From: Dehalococcoidia bacterium
Lineage (GTDB): Bacteria > Chloroflexota > Dehalococcoidia > Lucifugimonadales > UBA3495
Assembly: GCA_965215975.1 (NCBI GenBank)
Contig: OZ244136.1
Location: 1,556,516 to 1,620,515, forward strand
Reading direction: 5' to 3'
DNA length: 64,000 bases
Below, piece after piece: positions 19,355 through 29,682 of the stretch (positions are counted from its first letter, which is position 1; each line of letters opens with the position of its first letter). The notes under the pieces were generated by a model. The model ran no database searches and was not told where the DNA came from. It was given only the letters and a program-made list of their open reading frames with translations. Both the position numbers and the translations under genes were made by a program.

Positions 19355-21121
19355 ATGGCGCTGGGACTCAGGACTTATCGGCCCCTAATCGCTGGCAGGA
19401 CTCACATGGCCGCCACCGGCCATTACCTGGCCACCGCCGCTGCCTACCGCATCCTGGAGCAGGGCGGCAATGCCACCGACGCCGGTGTGGCCGCGGGCAT
19501 TGTCATTAACGTGACTCTTCCCCAGTACACCAGCTTCGGCGGCGTGGCCCCCATCATGGTCCACGACGCGGCGCGGGGCGAGACTGCCACCATCGCCGGT
19601 CTCGGCCGCTGGCCCAAGGCCGCCAGCGTGGACTACTTCAACGCCAACCACGGCGGCGTATTGCCCGGCGGCGTGCTGCGGACGGTAACTCCCTCGGCCG
19701 CCGATGCCTGGCTGTCGGCCATACAGCTGTACGGCACCATGACCTTCGAGCAGGTGGTCGCCCCGGCCCTGGAACTGGCGGAAAAAGGTTTTCCCATTCC
19801 CCACTCCCTCCACCGCGCCCTGGCCCGTGAGGAGGACAAGTTCTCCAACGGCAGTCGAGACCCCAGGCACTGGTCCGCCACCATGGAGGTCTTCTTCCCC
19901 GGCGGCAAGGCTCTGGGCACGGGAGATGTCGCCATTCAGAAAGATCTGGCCAACACCTTCAAGCGGCTGGTCTCGGCGGAACGGTCGGCTTCCGGCAGGG
20001 GGCGGGTTATGGGTCTCCAGGCCGCTCGCGACCTCTTCTACCGGGGCGATATGGCCCACAAGATGGTGGAGTTCAATCGGGCCCAGGGCGGGTTGCTGTC
20101 CCTGGAAGATATGGCTACCTTTGAGGCCAAGCTGGAACCGCCCGTATCCATCGACTATAAGGGCATTGAGGTCTTCACCTGCGGCCCCTGGTGCCAGGGC
20201 CCCACCACAATTCAGGCCCTGGGCATCCTGTCCGGCTTCGATTTGCAAGGTATGGGCCACAACAGCCCAGATTACCTGCACACTGTTATCGAGTCCCTGA
20301 AGCTGGCCTTCGCCGATCGCCATTCATACTATGGCGACCCCGACTTTGTGGACGTGCCGATGAAGGGCCTGCTGGACCCGGACTACGCCGCCCAGCGTCG
20401 CCAGGAAATAGACTCGACCCGCGCCTGTCCGGACATGCCCCGTGCCGGCGACCCCCACGCCTACCAGGCCTACAACGGCCAAAACGGAAACAGGGCCAAG
20501 CCGGCCCACCCCGAACCGGTAGTCGGCGCAGCGGAACCTGACACCAGCTACATCTGCGTGGTGGACCAGTGGGGCAACGGCTTCTCGGCCACGCCCAGTG
20601 ACGGCATTGGTGGTGCGGCAGTGGTCCCGGGCCTGGGCTTCGCCATGTCCACCCGCGGCTACCAGACCTGGCTGGACCCGGACCATCCGGCCTGCCTGAT
20701 GCCTGGCAAGCGGCCGAGGCTGACTCCTAATCCGGCCATGGCATTCCGCGACGGCAAGCTATGGATGCCCTTCGGCACCCCCGGCGGCGACGTGCAGTGC
20801 CAGTCCATGACCCAGCTTTTCCTGAATGTGGTGGAGTTCGGCATGGACGTGCAGCAGGCCATCGAGCAGCCCCGGGTGGCAAGCTGGAGCTTCCCCGATT
20901 CCGGCTTCCCTCACGGTTATACCCCGGCTGCCATGTCTGCCGAGGGCCGCATCGACCCGGATACAATCAGGGAACTGGAACGGCGTGGCCACGTGGTGGA
21001 AGTATGGGACGATTGGACGCCTCGCATGGGCGCCCTCAACGCCATCACCATTGACCGTGAGAAGGAAACCCTGGAGGTCGGCGCCGACCTGCGCCGCGAC
21101 AACTACGCCATGGGCCGGTAG
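19355..21121 (+). CDS. ggt: Gamma-glutamyltransferase family protein
   Basis: GGNATDA, DTS autoprocessing Thr, PGKRPR, GTPGG. Confidence 0.9.
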   Translation: MALGLRTYRPLIAGRTHMAATGHYLATAAAYRILEQGGNATDAGVAAGIVINVTLPQYTSFGGVAPIMVHDAARGETATIAGLGRWPKAASVDYFNANHGGVLPGGVLRTVTPSAADAWLSAIQLYGTMTFEQVVAPALELAEKGFPIPHSLHRALAREEDKFSNGSRDPRHWSATMEVFFPGGKALGTGDVAIQKDLANTFKRLVSAERSASGRGRVMGLQAARDLFYRGDMAHKMVEFNRAQGGLLSLEDMATFEAKLEPPVSIDYKGIEVFTCGPWCQGPTTIQALGILSGFDLQGMGHNSPDYLHTVIESLKLAFADRHSYYGDPDFVDVPMKGLLDPDYAAQRRQEIDSTRACPDMPRAGDPHAYQAYNGQNGNRAKPAHPEPVVGAAEPDTSYICVVDQWGNGFSATPSDGIGGAAVVPGLGFAMSTRGYQTWLDPDHPACLMPGKRPRLTPNPAMAFRDGKLWMPFGTPGGDVQCQSMTQLFLNVVEFGMDVQQAIEQPRVASWSFPDSGFPHGYTPAAMSAEGRIDPDTIRELERRGHVVEVWDDWTPRMGALNAITIDREKETLEVGADLRRDNYAMGR

Positions 21122-21210
21122 ACGGACAGCAACCAGCAGTTAGGCTCAACAATGTTTGAGGGGCAGGCTGGCAAACCTGCCCCTCAAATCTTGGCCAAAC
21201 CATTTTTGCT

Positions 21211-21324
21211 GTCATTCTGAGCGGAGCGAAGAATCCCAACCGCTGAAGGTTTGTATCTTGCGTTCAGGAAACAACTTTATCGGGAATCGTTGGGATTCTT
21301 CGTAGCTGTGTTTCTCAGAATAAC
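21211..21324. repeat. REP-like inverted repeat pair between convergent genes
   Basis: GTCATTCTGAG...CGAAGAATCCC and GGGATTCTTCG...CTCAGAATAAC. Confidence 0.6.
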
Positions 21325-21396
21325 CGCAAGAAGAAGGGGATTGTTCTGCCAAGGTAGCGCATCCGAATTAACCTAACCCCCTTCTGCCCGCTTGCC

Positions 21397-22146
21397 CTAC
21401 ATCGCCGTCCTTCCCCCATCTATCACCAACTCGCTGCCGGTGACGAAGGAAGATTCATCAGAGGCCAGGTACAGCGCCCCGAAAGCCACGTCCTCGGGCC
21501 TGCCGATGCGACCGATGGGGGTGCGGCCCAGCCGATATTGGTACTGCTCCGCGTCGGCCAGCATATGTGCAGTCATGGGCGTCTCGATAATCCCCGGGTG
21601 GATGGAGTTAGCCCTGATCTTGTCTCCGGCGTACTGGATGGCTGTGGCCTTGGTGAAGATTCGCACCGCGCCCTTGGAAGAACCATAGGCTGCCGACATT
21701 TCGCTGCCCACCAGCCCTGCCACGGAGGAGATGTTGATAATCGAACCGCCGCCGGCCTTGCGCATCTCCGGAATGGCGGCCTTGGTGCCCAGGAACACGC
21801 CCTTGCCGTTGATGTCCATTACCAGGTCCCACAATTCCTCGCTGGTCTCCTCCACCGTCTCGGTCCGGTAGATGCCGGCGTTGTTGACCAGGATATCCAG
21901 CTTGCCGAACCGCTCCACCGTGGCGGCCACCACGTCCTGCCAGTTGGCCTCGCTGGTCACGTCAAGCCGCAGGAAGAGGCACTCCCCGCCCTGCTCGTTG
22001 ATTTCCGCCTCAACCTGCCGGCCCTCGTCTTCCAGAACATCGCAGATGACCACCCGGGCTCCCTCGGTGGCAAACATGCGGGCTTCCACGGCTCCCTGGC
22101 CCCTGGCCCCGCCGCTGATTAACGCTACCTTGCCTTCCAGTCTCAT
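21397..22146 (-). CDS. SDR family oxidoreductase
   Basis: GGARGQG, NNAG, YGSSK. Confidence 0.93.
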   Translation of the reverse strand: MRLEGKVALISGGARGQGAVEARMFATEGARVVICDVLEDEGRQVEAEINEQGGECLFLRLDVTSEANWQDVVAATVERFGKLDILVNNAGIYRTETVEETSEELWDLVMDINGKGVFLGTKAAIPEMRKAGGGSIINISSVAGLVGSEMSAAYGSSKGAVRIFTKATAIQYAGDKIRANSIHPGIIETPMTAHMLADAEQYQYRLGRTPIGRIGRPEDVAFGALYLASDESSFVTGSELVIDGGRTAM

Positions 22147-22337
22147 TTTTCTGACCTCCTACGGAACGGTGGCTTTGCTTTCTCAATTTTGTTTTCTTAA
22201 CCTTTATGGTGGGATTGTAACTTGGGAGAGGCTGGAGTCAAGATCAGCCGCAGTCAATTGACCCAACATACTTCCGCAAATAGAATGTCCGAGCCTTAAT
22301 CAATATAGAAAAAGCGCTGGGATAATTAACCGAACTC

Positions 22338-22820
22338 ATGAACGTCCTCGACTGGATACTGCTGGCCATACGCTGGGCCCACGCCCTGGGCGCTGTGGCC
22401 TGGGTGGGAGGCGGGATATTCTACCTGATGGTTCTGCGGCCTGCTTTCCAGCGCAGAGACCCAGGCCAGGAAACTCACCGGGCCATCGGCGAAGAATTCC
22501 GCAGCCTCGTTAACACGGCCATCATTGTTCTTGTGGTTACCGGAGTCATCCTGACCGCCAGCCGCTTGACTGCGGATACGGTTACCGTCTCCTACATCGC
22601 TGTGTTGGTCCTGAAGGTTTCCCTAGCCCTGTACATGTTCGCCGTAATGAGGTTCCGGCGCCCGGCGCCCCGCAGCGCCAATAGCACTGAGGCTTTGGGC
22701 ACCTGGGCTAAAGCGCGGTCAACGCTCACCGGCCCTACGGCTTTGCTGGTCATCGGCGTGGTAATATTTGGCTTGGCCGACGTGCTGAGCGCCCTGTTTG
22801 AAAGCAGCCTTTCCGGTTAA
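22338..22820 (+). CDS. CopD-like four-helix membrane protein
   Basis: RWAH...WVGG, TG, K pattern with four hydrophobic segments. Confidence 0.65.
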   Translation: MNVLDWILLAIRWAHALGAVAWVGGGIFYLMVLRPAFQRRDPGQETHRAIGEEFRSLVNTAIIVLVVTGVILTASRLTADTVTVSYIAVLVLKVSLALYMFAVMRFRRPAPRSANSTEALGTWAKARSTLTGPTALLVIGVVIFGLADVLSALFESSLSG

Positions 22821-22855
22821 GATCCCCGGCCGGAGGGCCAGGCATAGGAGGAAAA

Positions 22856-23038
22856 TTGAAGAAGGACTTGATGGAAATACTGGCCTGCCCGGTCTGCAAG
22901 GGCGAATTGACCCTGAACGTGGAAACGGAAGAGGATGACGAAGTTATGGAAGGCTCGCTCCACTGTGCCAAGTGCGATGAGACCTACCCAATAAATGACG
23001 CCATCCCGAATTTGCTCCCGCCGAATATGCGGGTTTAG
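22856..23038 (+). CDS. Trm112 family protein
   Basis: LACPVCKG...CAKC..YPI..IPNLL; AGGAGG before TTG. Confidence 0.88.
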   Translation: MKKDLMEILACPVCKGELTLNVETEEDDEVMEGSLHCAKCDETYPINDAIPNLLPPNMRV

Positions 23039-23302
23039 GTAAGCGACAGCACTTTAAAGTAAGAGCTATTGGGCGGGTTTAATACCCGCCCTCCTCTACA
23101 AGTACTCGGTGCAATTCGAACCATAAGCCTGCGCAATTAACCCACCCCAGGAGACATGCCACCCCGAGCCTGCCCAAGGGCCCAAACTCCTGGCATAAAG
23201 ACCTGTTCAGGAACCGAAACTTTTCTGACACCTGAGCAATTTAGGATCTGAACACCACAATAACAAGAGTAAATAGACCCCTATCAGAAAAAGGAGGCAA
23301 CC

Positions 23303-24106
23303 ATGCCCACAGTAATGCTCCCAGACAACCTGGAAATGTACTACGACGATGACGACTACACCGACCCCTGGCGCACCCCGGAAACCATCGTGCTGCACCA
23401 CGGCAACGCCAAGAACGGCCGCCTCTGGTACGCCTGGGTGCCCCTCCTGGGACGCCAGTACCGCGTGATTCGGCTGGACGCCCGAGGCTTTGGCCGTTCC
23501 ACGGTGCCGCCCGCCGGTTACGACTGGTCGCTGGGCGGCTTTGCCACCGACCTCCTCGGCCTGCTGGACCACCTGGAACTGGACAAGGTGCATCTCATCG
23601 GGGAGACCGTCGGCGGCACCGTAGCCCTTCAGTTCGCCTGGGAACACCCCGAGCGCCTGCACACGGTCACCACCTGCACCTCGCCCTACAAGTTTGTCGG
23701 CGCTCCCCAGTACCTGGAAAACTACAACCTCATCAAGGAACAGGGCATCGAGGAGTGGGTCCGGCGCTCAGCGGACCGGCGCATCGCCCCCAATCCCGCC
23801 ACTGCCGCCCACAACCAGTGGTATGCCCAGCAAATGATGCAGGCGTCGCCGCAGGTTGTTATGGAGACTCTGGCCTACCTGGCCAACCAGGACCTGTCTC
23901 CCATATTGCCGGAAATCAACACGCCGGCCCTTGCCTTGGTGGCGGGGGACAGCGACACCAACACGCCCGACCGCGCCTCCGGTATGGCTGCCCTGATGCC
24001 CAACTGCCGGCTTGTGGCCATTCCCAACGCCACGGGCTACGTGCAGCACTCGGAACCGGAAAAGTGTGTTGCGGCGTGGCGGGAGTTTATTGGCAGTCTG
24101 GGGTGA
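23303..24106 (+). CDS. Alpha/beta hydrolase fold protein
   Basis: LHHG, DARGFGRS, GETVGG elbow. Confidence 0.85.
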   Translation: MPTVMLPDNLEMYYDDDDYTDPWRTPETIVLHHGNAKNGRLWYAWVPLLGRQYRVIRLDARGFGRSTVPPAGYDWSLGGFATDLLGLLDHLELDKVHLIGETVGGTVALQFAWEHPERLHTVTTCTSPYKFVGAPQYLENYNLIKEQGIEEWVRRSADRRIAPNPATAAHNQWYAQQMMQASPQVVMETLAYLANQDLSPILPEINTPALALVAGDSDTNTPDRASGMAALMPNCRLVAIPNATGYVQHSEPEKCVAAWREFIGSLG

Positions 24107-24340
24107 TGCGCCAGGGCGCCACCATCGGAGACTTCCTGGCAGGGCTAGCCTGCCTTGACGGCCCTGTCGAAACGATTTGCGCCATCAACACCCGGCCAAA
24201 AGCCAAGCACGAAGGGGGCAATCAATCCAACGAAGGGGACTAGAAACCTGGCCGGGAACCCCGATTCTCCACAAGTCGTTATTTTCTTGACGTCGATTAG
24301 AGATATAATTATGGGCTTGTGAAACGTATTACACAAACTA

Positions 24341-24658
24341 TCATGCCATGTATGACTGTAATACGTTTGCTTGGCGTTGTGCGAAACCCTGCCAATGGCT
24401 TTCCGGCCAGACCTCTAGGAAGGCGATCAGCCACCACGAAGAGAGATTCAGGTCGTGAAACCGCTTGGCCGAAACTGCGAAATACGGGTATATCAAGGGA
24501 AAGGGGGCGAGCAATATTCCCAGTCCCATGCTGTTGGGCACAAGCCATGCCCCGAGGGCGGCAAACGAAATCAACAATACAGTCAGGGGAAGTATCCCCT
24601 GCAGCCAGTAAACTTGCCGGTCTATCCGCCCTTTCGGTGATAGCAACACGTGCACCAT
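24341..24658 (-). CDS. DUF805 family membrane protein, C-terminus possibly degenerate
   Basis: GRIDRQVYW and KRFHDLNLS motifs. Confidence 0.7.
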   Translation of the reverse strand: MVHVLLSPKGRIDRQVYWLQGILPLTVLLISFAALGAWLVPNSMGLGILLAPFPLIYPYFAVSAKRFHDLNLSSWWLIAFLEVWPESHWQGFAQRQANVLQSYMA

Positions 24659-25033
24659 GTCCGCCTCCCGTTGAATTAAGATCTCGTAATTAAGTATATA
24701 TTATACCGATGCTCTAAAACATATACTGTCGCTTACCTTTCTATTATAAGAAAATGTGGATTGGCTTGGGAATAGCAGACGTGGAAATGTGAATCATTTT
24801 TTATAACTTGCCCTGTCTTGCGGCCTCGGAAAGGCGATTTCGCAACGGGAAAGTGATTCGAGGGTTATCCGGGGCAATTGCGCCGGCGCGCTTTTGGTCC
24901 CGGGTCCAGCCCTGGGTTTTACAGCTCTCGACCTCGCACTCGAAATGCCTTGAAAGGTAAGAAAGCTGCTGTTAGTCTGGAATGTAGAGCCATGTTTTTA
25001 TGGTAACTGAGGCCGAAGTGAGGAGGATTGAGG

Positions 25034-25252
25034 ATGGCCACCCAGCGAATCGCCTATGCCTGCGCAAAGTGCAACAACAATAGCTACACAACGGACGAAT
25101 TCCGCGCCACCGGCGGCGGTTTCTCCAGGTTCTTTGACGTCCAGAACAAGAAATTTACCACGGTGTCCTGCTCCCAGTGCGGCTACACGGAAATCTACCG
25201 GGGCGACACCTCAAAGTTCGGCAACATAGCCGACTTCTTCCTCGGCGGTTAG
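25034..25252 (+). CDS. Zinc-ribbon putative nucleic acid-binding protein
   Basis: CAKC...FFDVQNKKF...CSQCGYTE. Confidence 0.85.
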   Translation: MATQRIAYACAKCNNNSYTTDEFRATGGGFSRFFDVQNKKFTTVSCSQCGYTEIYRGDTSKFGNIADFFLGG

Positions 25253-25270
25253 GCTGCGAGTATCTCAAGA

Positions 25271-25313
25271 GTCCCTTCCCCCGTCGAGGGGAGAAGGCTG
25301 GGATGGGGGGTGA
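25271..25313. repeat. REP-like element, intact copy
   Basis: GTCCCTTCCCCCGTCGAGGGGAGAAGGCTGGGATGGGGGGTGA. Confidence 0.6.
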
Positions 25314-25672
25314 CGCCTTGCGAAATGTCTCCGCTGGGTACTGCTGAGAATTTCACCACCGCTTCCGAGTTAGTTTCTAAGTCAATAAACTGCCCCAGAC
25401 CGTCGTTCCTGCGAAGGCAGCAACCTCGATGGTTTAGGGCAGAGGTTCTTGAATCACCGGGCCCTGCCCCGGAATCAAGCGGCGCAGGAGCGGTTCCTTT
25501 GAAACGCCACCTGGTTAACTTCCACCCTGATAAACCTCTGAAAGGGCCCTTCCCCCTCGACGGGACAAGGCTGGAATGGGCTTCCCGACGCTCATTCCAT
25601 AGCTGAAGCGCCTTATCTCCCCTCAGGGATTTCCCCTATCGCAGCAATGTCGATAACTCAATCAAAGACGTC

Positions 25673-26449
25673 CTAAAACAGCGACTTCGATTGCCCTCCG
25701 TCCACGTTGATACACGCCCCTGTTATCAGGTCGGCCCGGTCCGAGGCCAAAAAGGCCACCGTTTCCGCGATGGGTTCCGGCCAGCCAAACCGCCCCATGG
25801 GCAGGTTCCGGCCGATGAACTCTGCCACCACTTCCGGCGACTGTGTGTTCTGGAACCGCTCCCACGTGCTCCCCGGAAAATCAATGGATCCCGGGGCAAC
25901 GCAGTTGACCAGCACTCCGTGGGGCGCCATCTGCAGTGCCAGGTGCTTGGAAAAGGCGATCAGTGCCGCCTTGCCCGTCATGTAATCGATGGACCCGCCG
26001 TGCTCCCGCCCGTATATCGACGAAATGCTGATAATCCGGCCCCAGCCCTGCTCCTTCATGTGCGGCAGCACCAGCGCCGCCAGTTGCACCGCGCTGAACA
26101 GGTTGACCTCCATACCATCCCGGAACTGCTCCATGCTGGTCTCTTCAAATAGCACCGACCCGCGCCGGCCGCCCACGTTATTGACCAGGATGTCCGGTTT
26201 GCCCATACCCGTCACCGTCTCATCGTAGAAGCGCTGTGCATCGGACTCCTGCGTAACATCCGCCGGCGTCCCCTGCACCCGATAACCCATGGCTGCCATC
26301 TCAGCCACCGATGTATTCAACTGCCCTTCGTCCCGGGCACATATGGATATGGCGCACCCCTCGCGTCCCAGCGCTTCCGCGATGCGGCGACCCAGACCTC
26401 GGCTGCCGCCGGTTATCATAGCTGTCTTTCCTTCCAAACCCAGTTCCAT
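25673..26449 (-). CDS. SDR family oxidoreductase
   Basis: TGGSRGLG, NNVG, YMTGK. Confidence 0.92.
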   Translation of the reverse strand: MELGLEGKTAMITGGSRGLGRRIAEALGREGCAISICARDEGQLNTSVAEMAAMGYRVQGTPADVTQESDAQRFYDETVTGMGKPDILVNNVGGRRGSVLFEETSMEQFRDGMEVNLFSAVQLAALVLPHMKEQGWGRIISISSIYGREHGGSIDYMTGKAALIAFSKHLALQMAPHGVLVNCVAPGSIDFPGSTWERFQNTQSPEVVAEFIGRNLPMGRFGWPEPIAETVAFLASDRADLITGACINVDGGQSKSLF

Positions 26450-26670
26450 CGGTCCCTCCGGTAATCTGCCGACGCTGCGCCATTAATTGGCATCGTCGTC
26501 GGACGGTTTTGCGCCGATTATAAGGGTTGGCTTGGGGTATGCCTATGGGCGCGAGGACTGGCCGCAATAGTCGATGTTCCGAAGGCAGGAATTTCATCCC
26601 TCCAGCAAACCTTACAACTCAGTCACGAATTATGGCCTTCCTTCGTGTCCACTTACAGATAACTCTCCAC

Positions 26671-27085
26671 CGAAACCCATGACAACCCGCCCTTGTCGAT
26701 CCGCGTGACCCTCTTCTACCATAAATACTGTGCAACCCTGCCTCGCCCCCACCAACCCGCGCATCCCGAGCTTGTGGAAGGGTCATCCCTTGTGGTTGCC
26801 CTGGGCATGGAAAATGTCGCCCCACCGGCAACACTGCCCCAGCTACAAAATGGGGGGAAATGAGCGGAAATGGCAGGAAAACAAAAAAATCACTCTGCTC
26901 CCCCAGGGACAGGACCGGGGGTAAGGGCGTTCCCGCCAACCCTAAACCCGTCGCGTAACACCGAACGCAGGGGCAACCCTTGTAGTTGCCCTGGACATGG
27001 AAAATGTCACCCCCACCGGCAACTCTGCCCCAGCTACAAAATGGGGGGAAATGAGCGGAAATGGCAGGAAAAACAAAAAATAATT
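26671..27085 (+). repeat. Leader plus two ~190-nt tandem units (locus A)
   Basis: Units start at 26781 and 26971; core CCAGCTACAAAATG-GGGGGAAATG-AGCGGAAATG; homologous to 43036-43633. Confidence 0.85.
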
Positions 27086-27134
27086 GGCGAATATTCGTGC
27101 CCCTTCGTAGACAAAAACATCAGGAGGCAATCCC

Positions 27135-27458
27135 ATGACCTTGTCCCAGATCAGAAACCAGGTTCGCGCCCTGCAGCGCAAGTACGCTAAAGAGCTGGCC
27201 GTCTACCGACTCCGCCGCATGGCCGAGGAAATCTTCCACGACTGGAACGTTACCGTCGCCGACGGCAAGGAGGCCCCTGAATCGCATACCGTAATCTGGC
27301 GGATAGCCCAGCGCGGCTTCCGCCTCTATACCTACACCTCCCTTCATCACTACCTTGCAAAGTGTAAAGAAGCAGGCAAAAGTCCCGAACCACGCCAGAT
27401 CGTAAGTGTCCTGCTCCCCTGGGCCGAAACCGGCGGCTACCTGGAAGGGTTCCGCTGA
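27135..27458 (+). CDS. Hypothetical protein downstream of repeat locus A
   Basis: 107 aa, AGGAGG RBS, basic helical N-terminus. Confidence 0.75.
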   Translation: MTLSQIRNQVRALQRKYAKELAVYRLRRMAEEIFHDWNVTVADGKEAPESHTVIWRIAQRGFRLYTYTSLHHYLAKCKEAGKSPEPRQIVSVLLPWAETGGYLEGFR

Positions 27459-27664
27459 GACCTGCCCGCCCAGGCCTGATCACCCCTCTCCCTCAGAGAG
27501 AGGGCCGGGGGTGAGGGCGTCCCTGCTAGGGTCTAGAGCCAGCGCAAGGCCGTGCTATAATTAGCGCTGCCATTTGGCGCCTTATCTGAATCTCCTTGGG
27601 GAACGGGCAACAAAGACAGGTCCGGCCCAGGGGCAGAGACCTTAGTTTCACGGAGATATTTCGA

Positions 27665-28840
27665 ATGATTAAGCGGTTTTCCGTCTTGTACGTCGGCCAG
27701 ATCGACCTGGATAACGTGGGTGCCGACGGCACACCGGCCAACGACCGGCGCTATCCCAACGAAAAGCTGGTGCAGGCCTACGACCACGCCGTCGCCTTGG
27801 CAAAGCACATGGACGAATTAGGCTTCTACTGCATGTGGACGGCGGAGCACCACTTCCAGCGTGAGGGCTACGAGTGCCTCCCCAACATGACCCTGCTGGG
27901 GGTTCACCTTGCCGGCCTGACCAAACAGCTGAAGTTTGGCGCCGCCTTCAACATCGTGCCCATGTGGCACCCCCTGCGCCTGGCCGAGGACTACGCCATG
28001 GCCGACGTGCTGACCGGTGGCCGGCTGATTTTCGGCGTGGGCCGCGGCTACCACTCTCGTGAGGTGGAGACCTTCGGGTCGCCGGTAATCGACAATGACG
28101 CCAACCGCGAGCTTTTTGAGGAACAGATGGAAATCATCCTGAAGGCCTTCAACGAAGAGTCCTTCAGCCACAAGGGCAAGTACTACACCATCCCCCCCGA
28201 CGTGCCCTACCGGGGCTACCAGGTAGAGGACGTTACCCTGGTTCCCCGACCGTTGAACCGGCCTGTGGAAATCTGGCAGCCCATCGCCAGCGGCCGGACC
28301 CTGGAGTGGATCGCCCAGCGGGGAATCAAGGCCATGGTCGCCCTTTCCGGTGAGATACTGGTGGACCGGATGTTCAACGCCTACCACGACGCCGCCAATG
28401 CCGCCGGCCTGAACATCGCCCTGGGTCAGAGTATGGGATTGGGGTTCGGCTTCTGCCTGGACGACACGCAGCAGAAGGCCATCGAACGGGTGCGCCCCTA
28501 CCACGATGAGCGTTACAAGTGGTTCGCTCCCTTCGGATTCGTCCGTTACACCGACTCGCAGGGACGGGCCTGGGGCACCCCGGGCGCGCCCACCGGCGTT
28601 CCCCGGATTGAGGACGGAGTGCAGCAAAAGGCATGGTACTGCGGCCCCTCGGACGGCTTCATTCCCTTCCTGCAAGAGGTTGAAGAAAAGTACCCTGGCC
28701 TTGAGGACATCATCCTCCAGTGGCCCGAAGGCATGCCCTGGCTCGAGTTCAAAGACCAGCTTTCCCAGTTCGCCGCCGAGGTAATGCCCGCCTTCACCGG
28801 CAGGGAAACCGCCTCAATGGCCGGCGCCGACGGCAACTAG
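27665..28840 (+). CDS. LLM class flavin-dependent oxidoreductase
   Basis: AEHH, WHPLRLAED, GRGY; start set at MIKRF. Confidence 0.92.
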   Translation: MIKRFSVLYVGQIDLDNVGADGTPANDRRYPNEKLVQAYDHAVALAKHMDELGFYCMWTAEHHFQREGYECLPNMTLLGVHLAGLTKQLKFGAAFNIVPMWHPLRLAEDYAMADVLTGGRLIFGVGRGYHSREVETFGSPVIDNDANRELFEEQMEIILKAFNEESFSHKGKYYTIPPDVPYRGYQVEDVTLVPRPLNRPVEIWQPIASGRTLEWIAQRGIKAMVALSGEILVDRMFNAYHDAANAAGLNIALGQSMGLGFGFCLDDTQQKAIERVRPYHDERYKWFAPFGFVRYTDSQGRAWGTPGAPTGVPRIEDGVQQKAWYCGPSDGFIPFLQEVEEKYPGLEDIILQWPEGMPWLEFKDQLSQFAAEVMPAFTGRETASMAGADGN

Positions 28841-28891
28841 GCACAGTTCTCGATTCCTGGCATTGTTCCTGACCTACTAAGCGAAAAACCA

Positions 28892-29134
28892 ATGACAACA
28901 ATGGACGCAGAACCGAATCAAAGCCTTGATTACGTCGTGGGGAGATTGGGGGGAGTGGTCAACACACTACAGGACTTAAAGACTGGTCAGGCGGAGTTAA
29001 GTCGTCGGGTGGACCAGACCAACGACCGCATTGATAAGCTAGTTTTTGCTATTTTCGGAGTTGGCGGAGGCCTGTTGGTTGCAGTAATTGGTGGAATGAT
29101 TGGACTTGGCTGGCTTATTGTCCAAACGGGGTAG
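28892..29134 (+). CDS. Small coiled-coil plus C-terminal TM protein
   Basis: Heptad-like LQDLKTGQAELSRRVDQTNDRID followed by a hydrophobic helix. Confidence 0.65.
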   Translation: MTTMDAEPNQSLDYVVGRLGGVVNTLQDLKTGQAELSRRVDQTNDRIDKLVFAIFGVGGGLLVAVIGGMIGLGWLIVQTG

Positions 29135-29239
29135 CCTGTCTGCAAACCCGGTTCTTGGGTTTGGATTTCCCCTTTTCGCTCAGAGTGGCTACTCTTAGAT
29201 ACTACCTAAAAGGTCCCTTCCCCCTTGACGGGGGAAGGC

Positions 29240-29682
29240 GGCTTTGCACCAAAAGTGCCACTTGCATCAAAAGTCCGTCTAATCGACCGTACCAGGACGG
29301 AAGCGTGATTTCAGGCAGCGAGGGGTCATGATTAGACGCACAAGATTATTGCCGCCGTTGAGCCAATGATCTGAAGCCCAAAGCCGACAACTACAGCAAC
29401 AACTCCGATACGGGCGTACAGTCTCCGGCGGCTTTCGATTCGTTCATCTATTCCGTCCGCTCGCAGGTACAGATTGTGGTCCTGCCTATCAGGAAGGTCG
29501 CCTGGCACTACCCTAAGAAATAGACTGTGCCCGTAACGAATAATCAAAAGAAACCCGACTATATCGAGCATCAATCCCACAGGTGCCGTATAAAGCAGAA
29601 TCGCCAAATCCATCATTCCTCTCATCCTTACCCTCGGCTTGCATCAATAGTCGGGGTTTTTCGGCACTTTTGATGCAAAGCC
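29240..29682. mobile_element. Non-autonomous insertion cassette (MITE/MIC) with passenger gene
   Basis: TIRs GGCTTTGCA(C/T)CAAAAGTGCC 19/20 identical; imperfect 9-bp flanking duplication; splits a REP. Confidence 0.75.
29332..29625 (-). CDS. Two-TM hypothetical protein (cassette passenger)
   Basis: 97-aa ORF, GLMLDIVG and GFGLQIIG helices, lower GC. Confidence 0.65.
   Translation of the reverse strand: MRGMMDLAILLYTAPVGLMLDIVGFLLIIRYGHSLFLRVVPGDLPDRQDHNLYLRADGIDERIESRRRLYARIGVVAVVVGFGLQIIGSTAAIILCV

Noticed and set aside
24105-24243. Short ORF with faint ThiS/MoaD resemblance
   Set aside because: Only about 45 aa and no C-terminal GG
26770-27085. CRISPR array (also 43036-43520)
   Set aside because: Units are 190-220 nt, variable parts are nearly identical within a locus, and there are no cas genes
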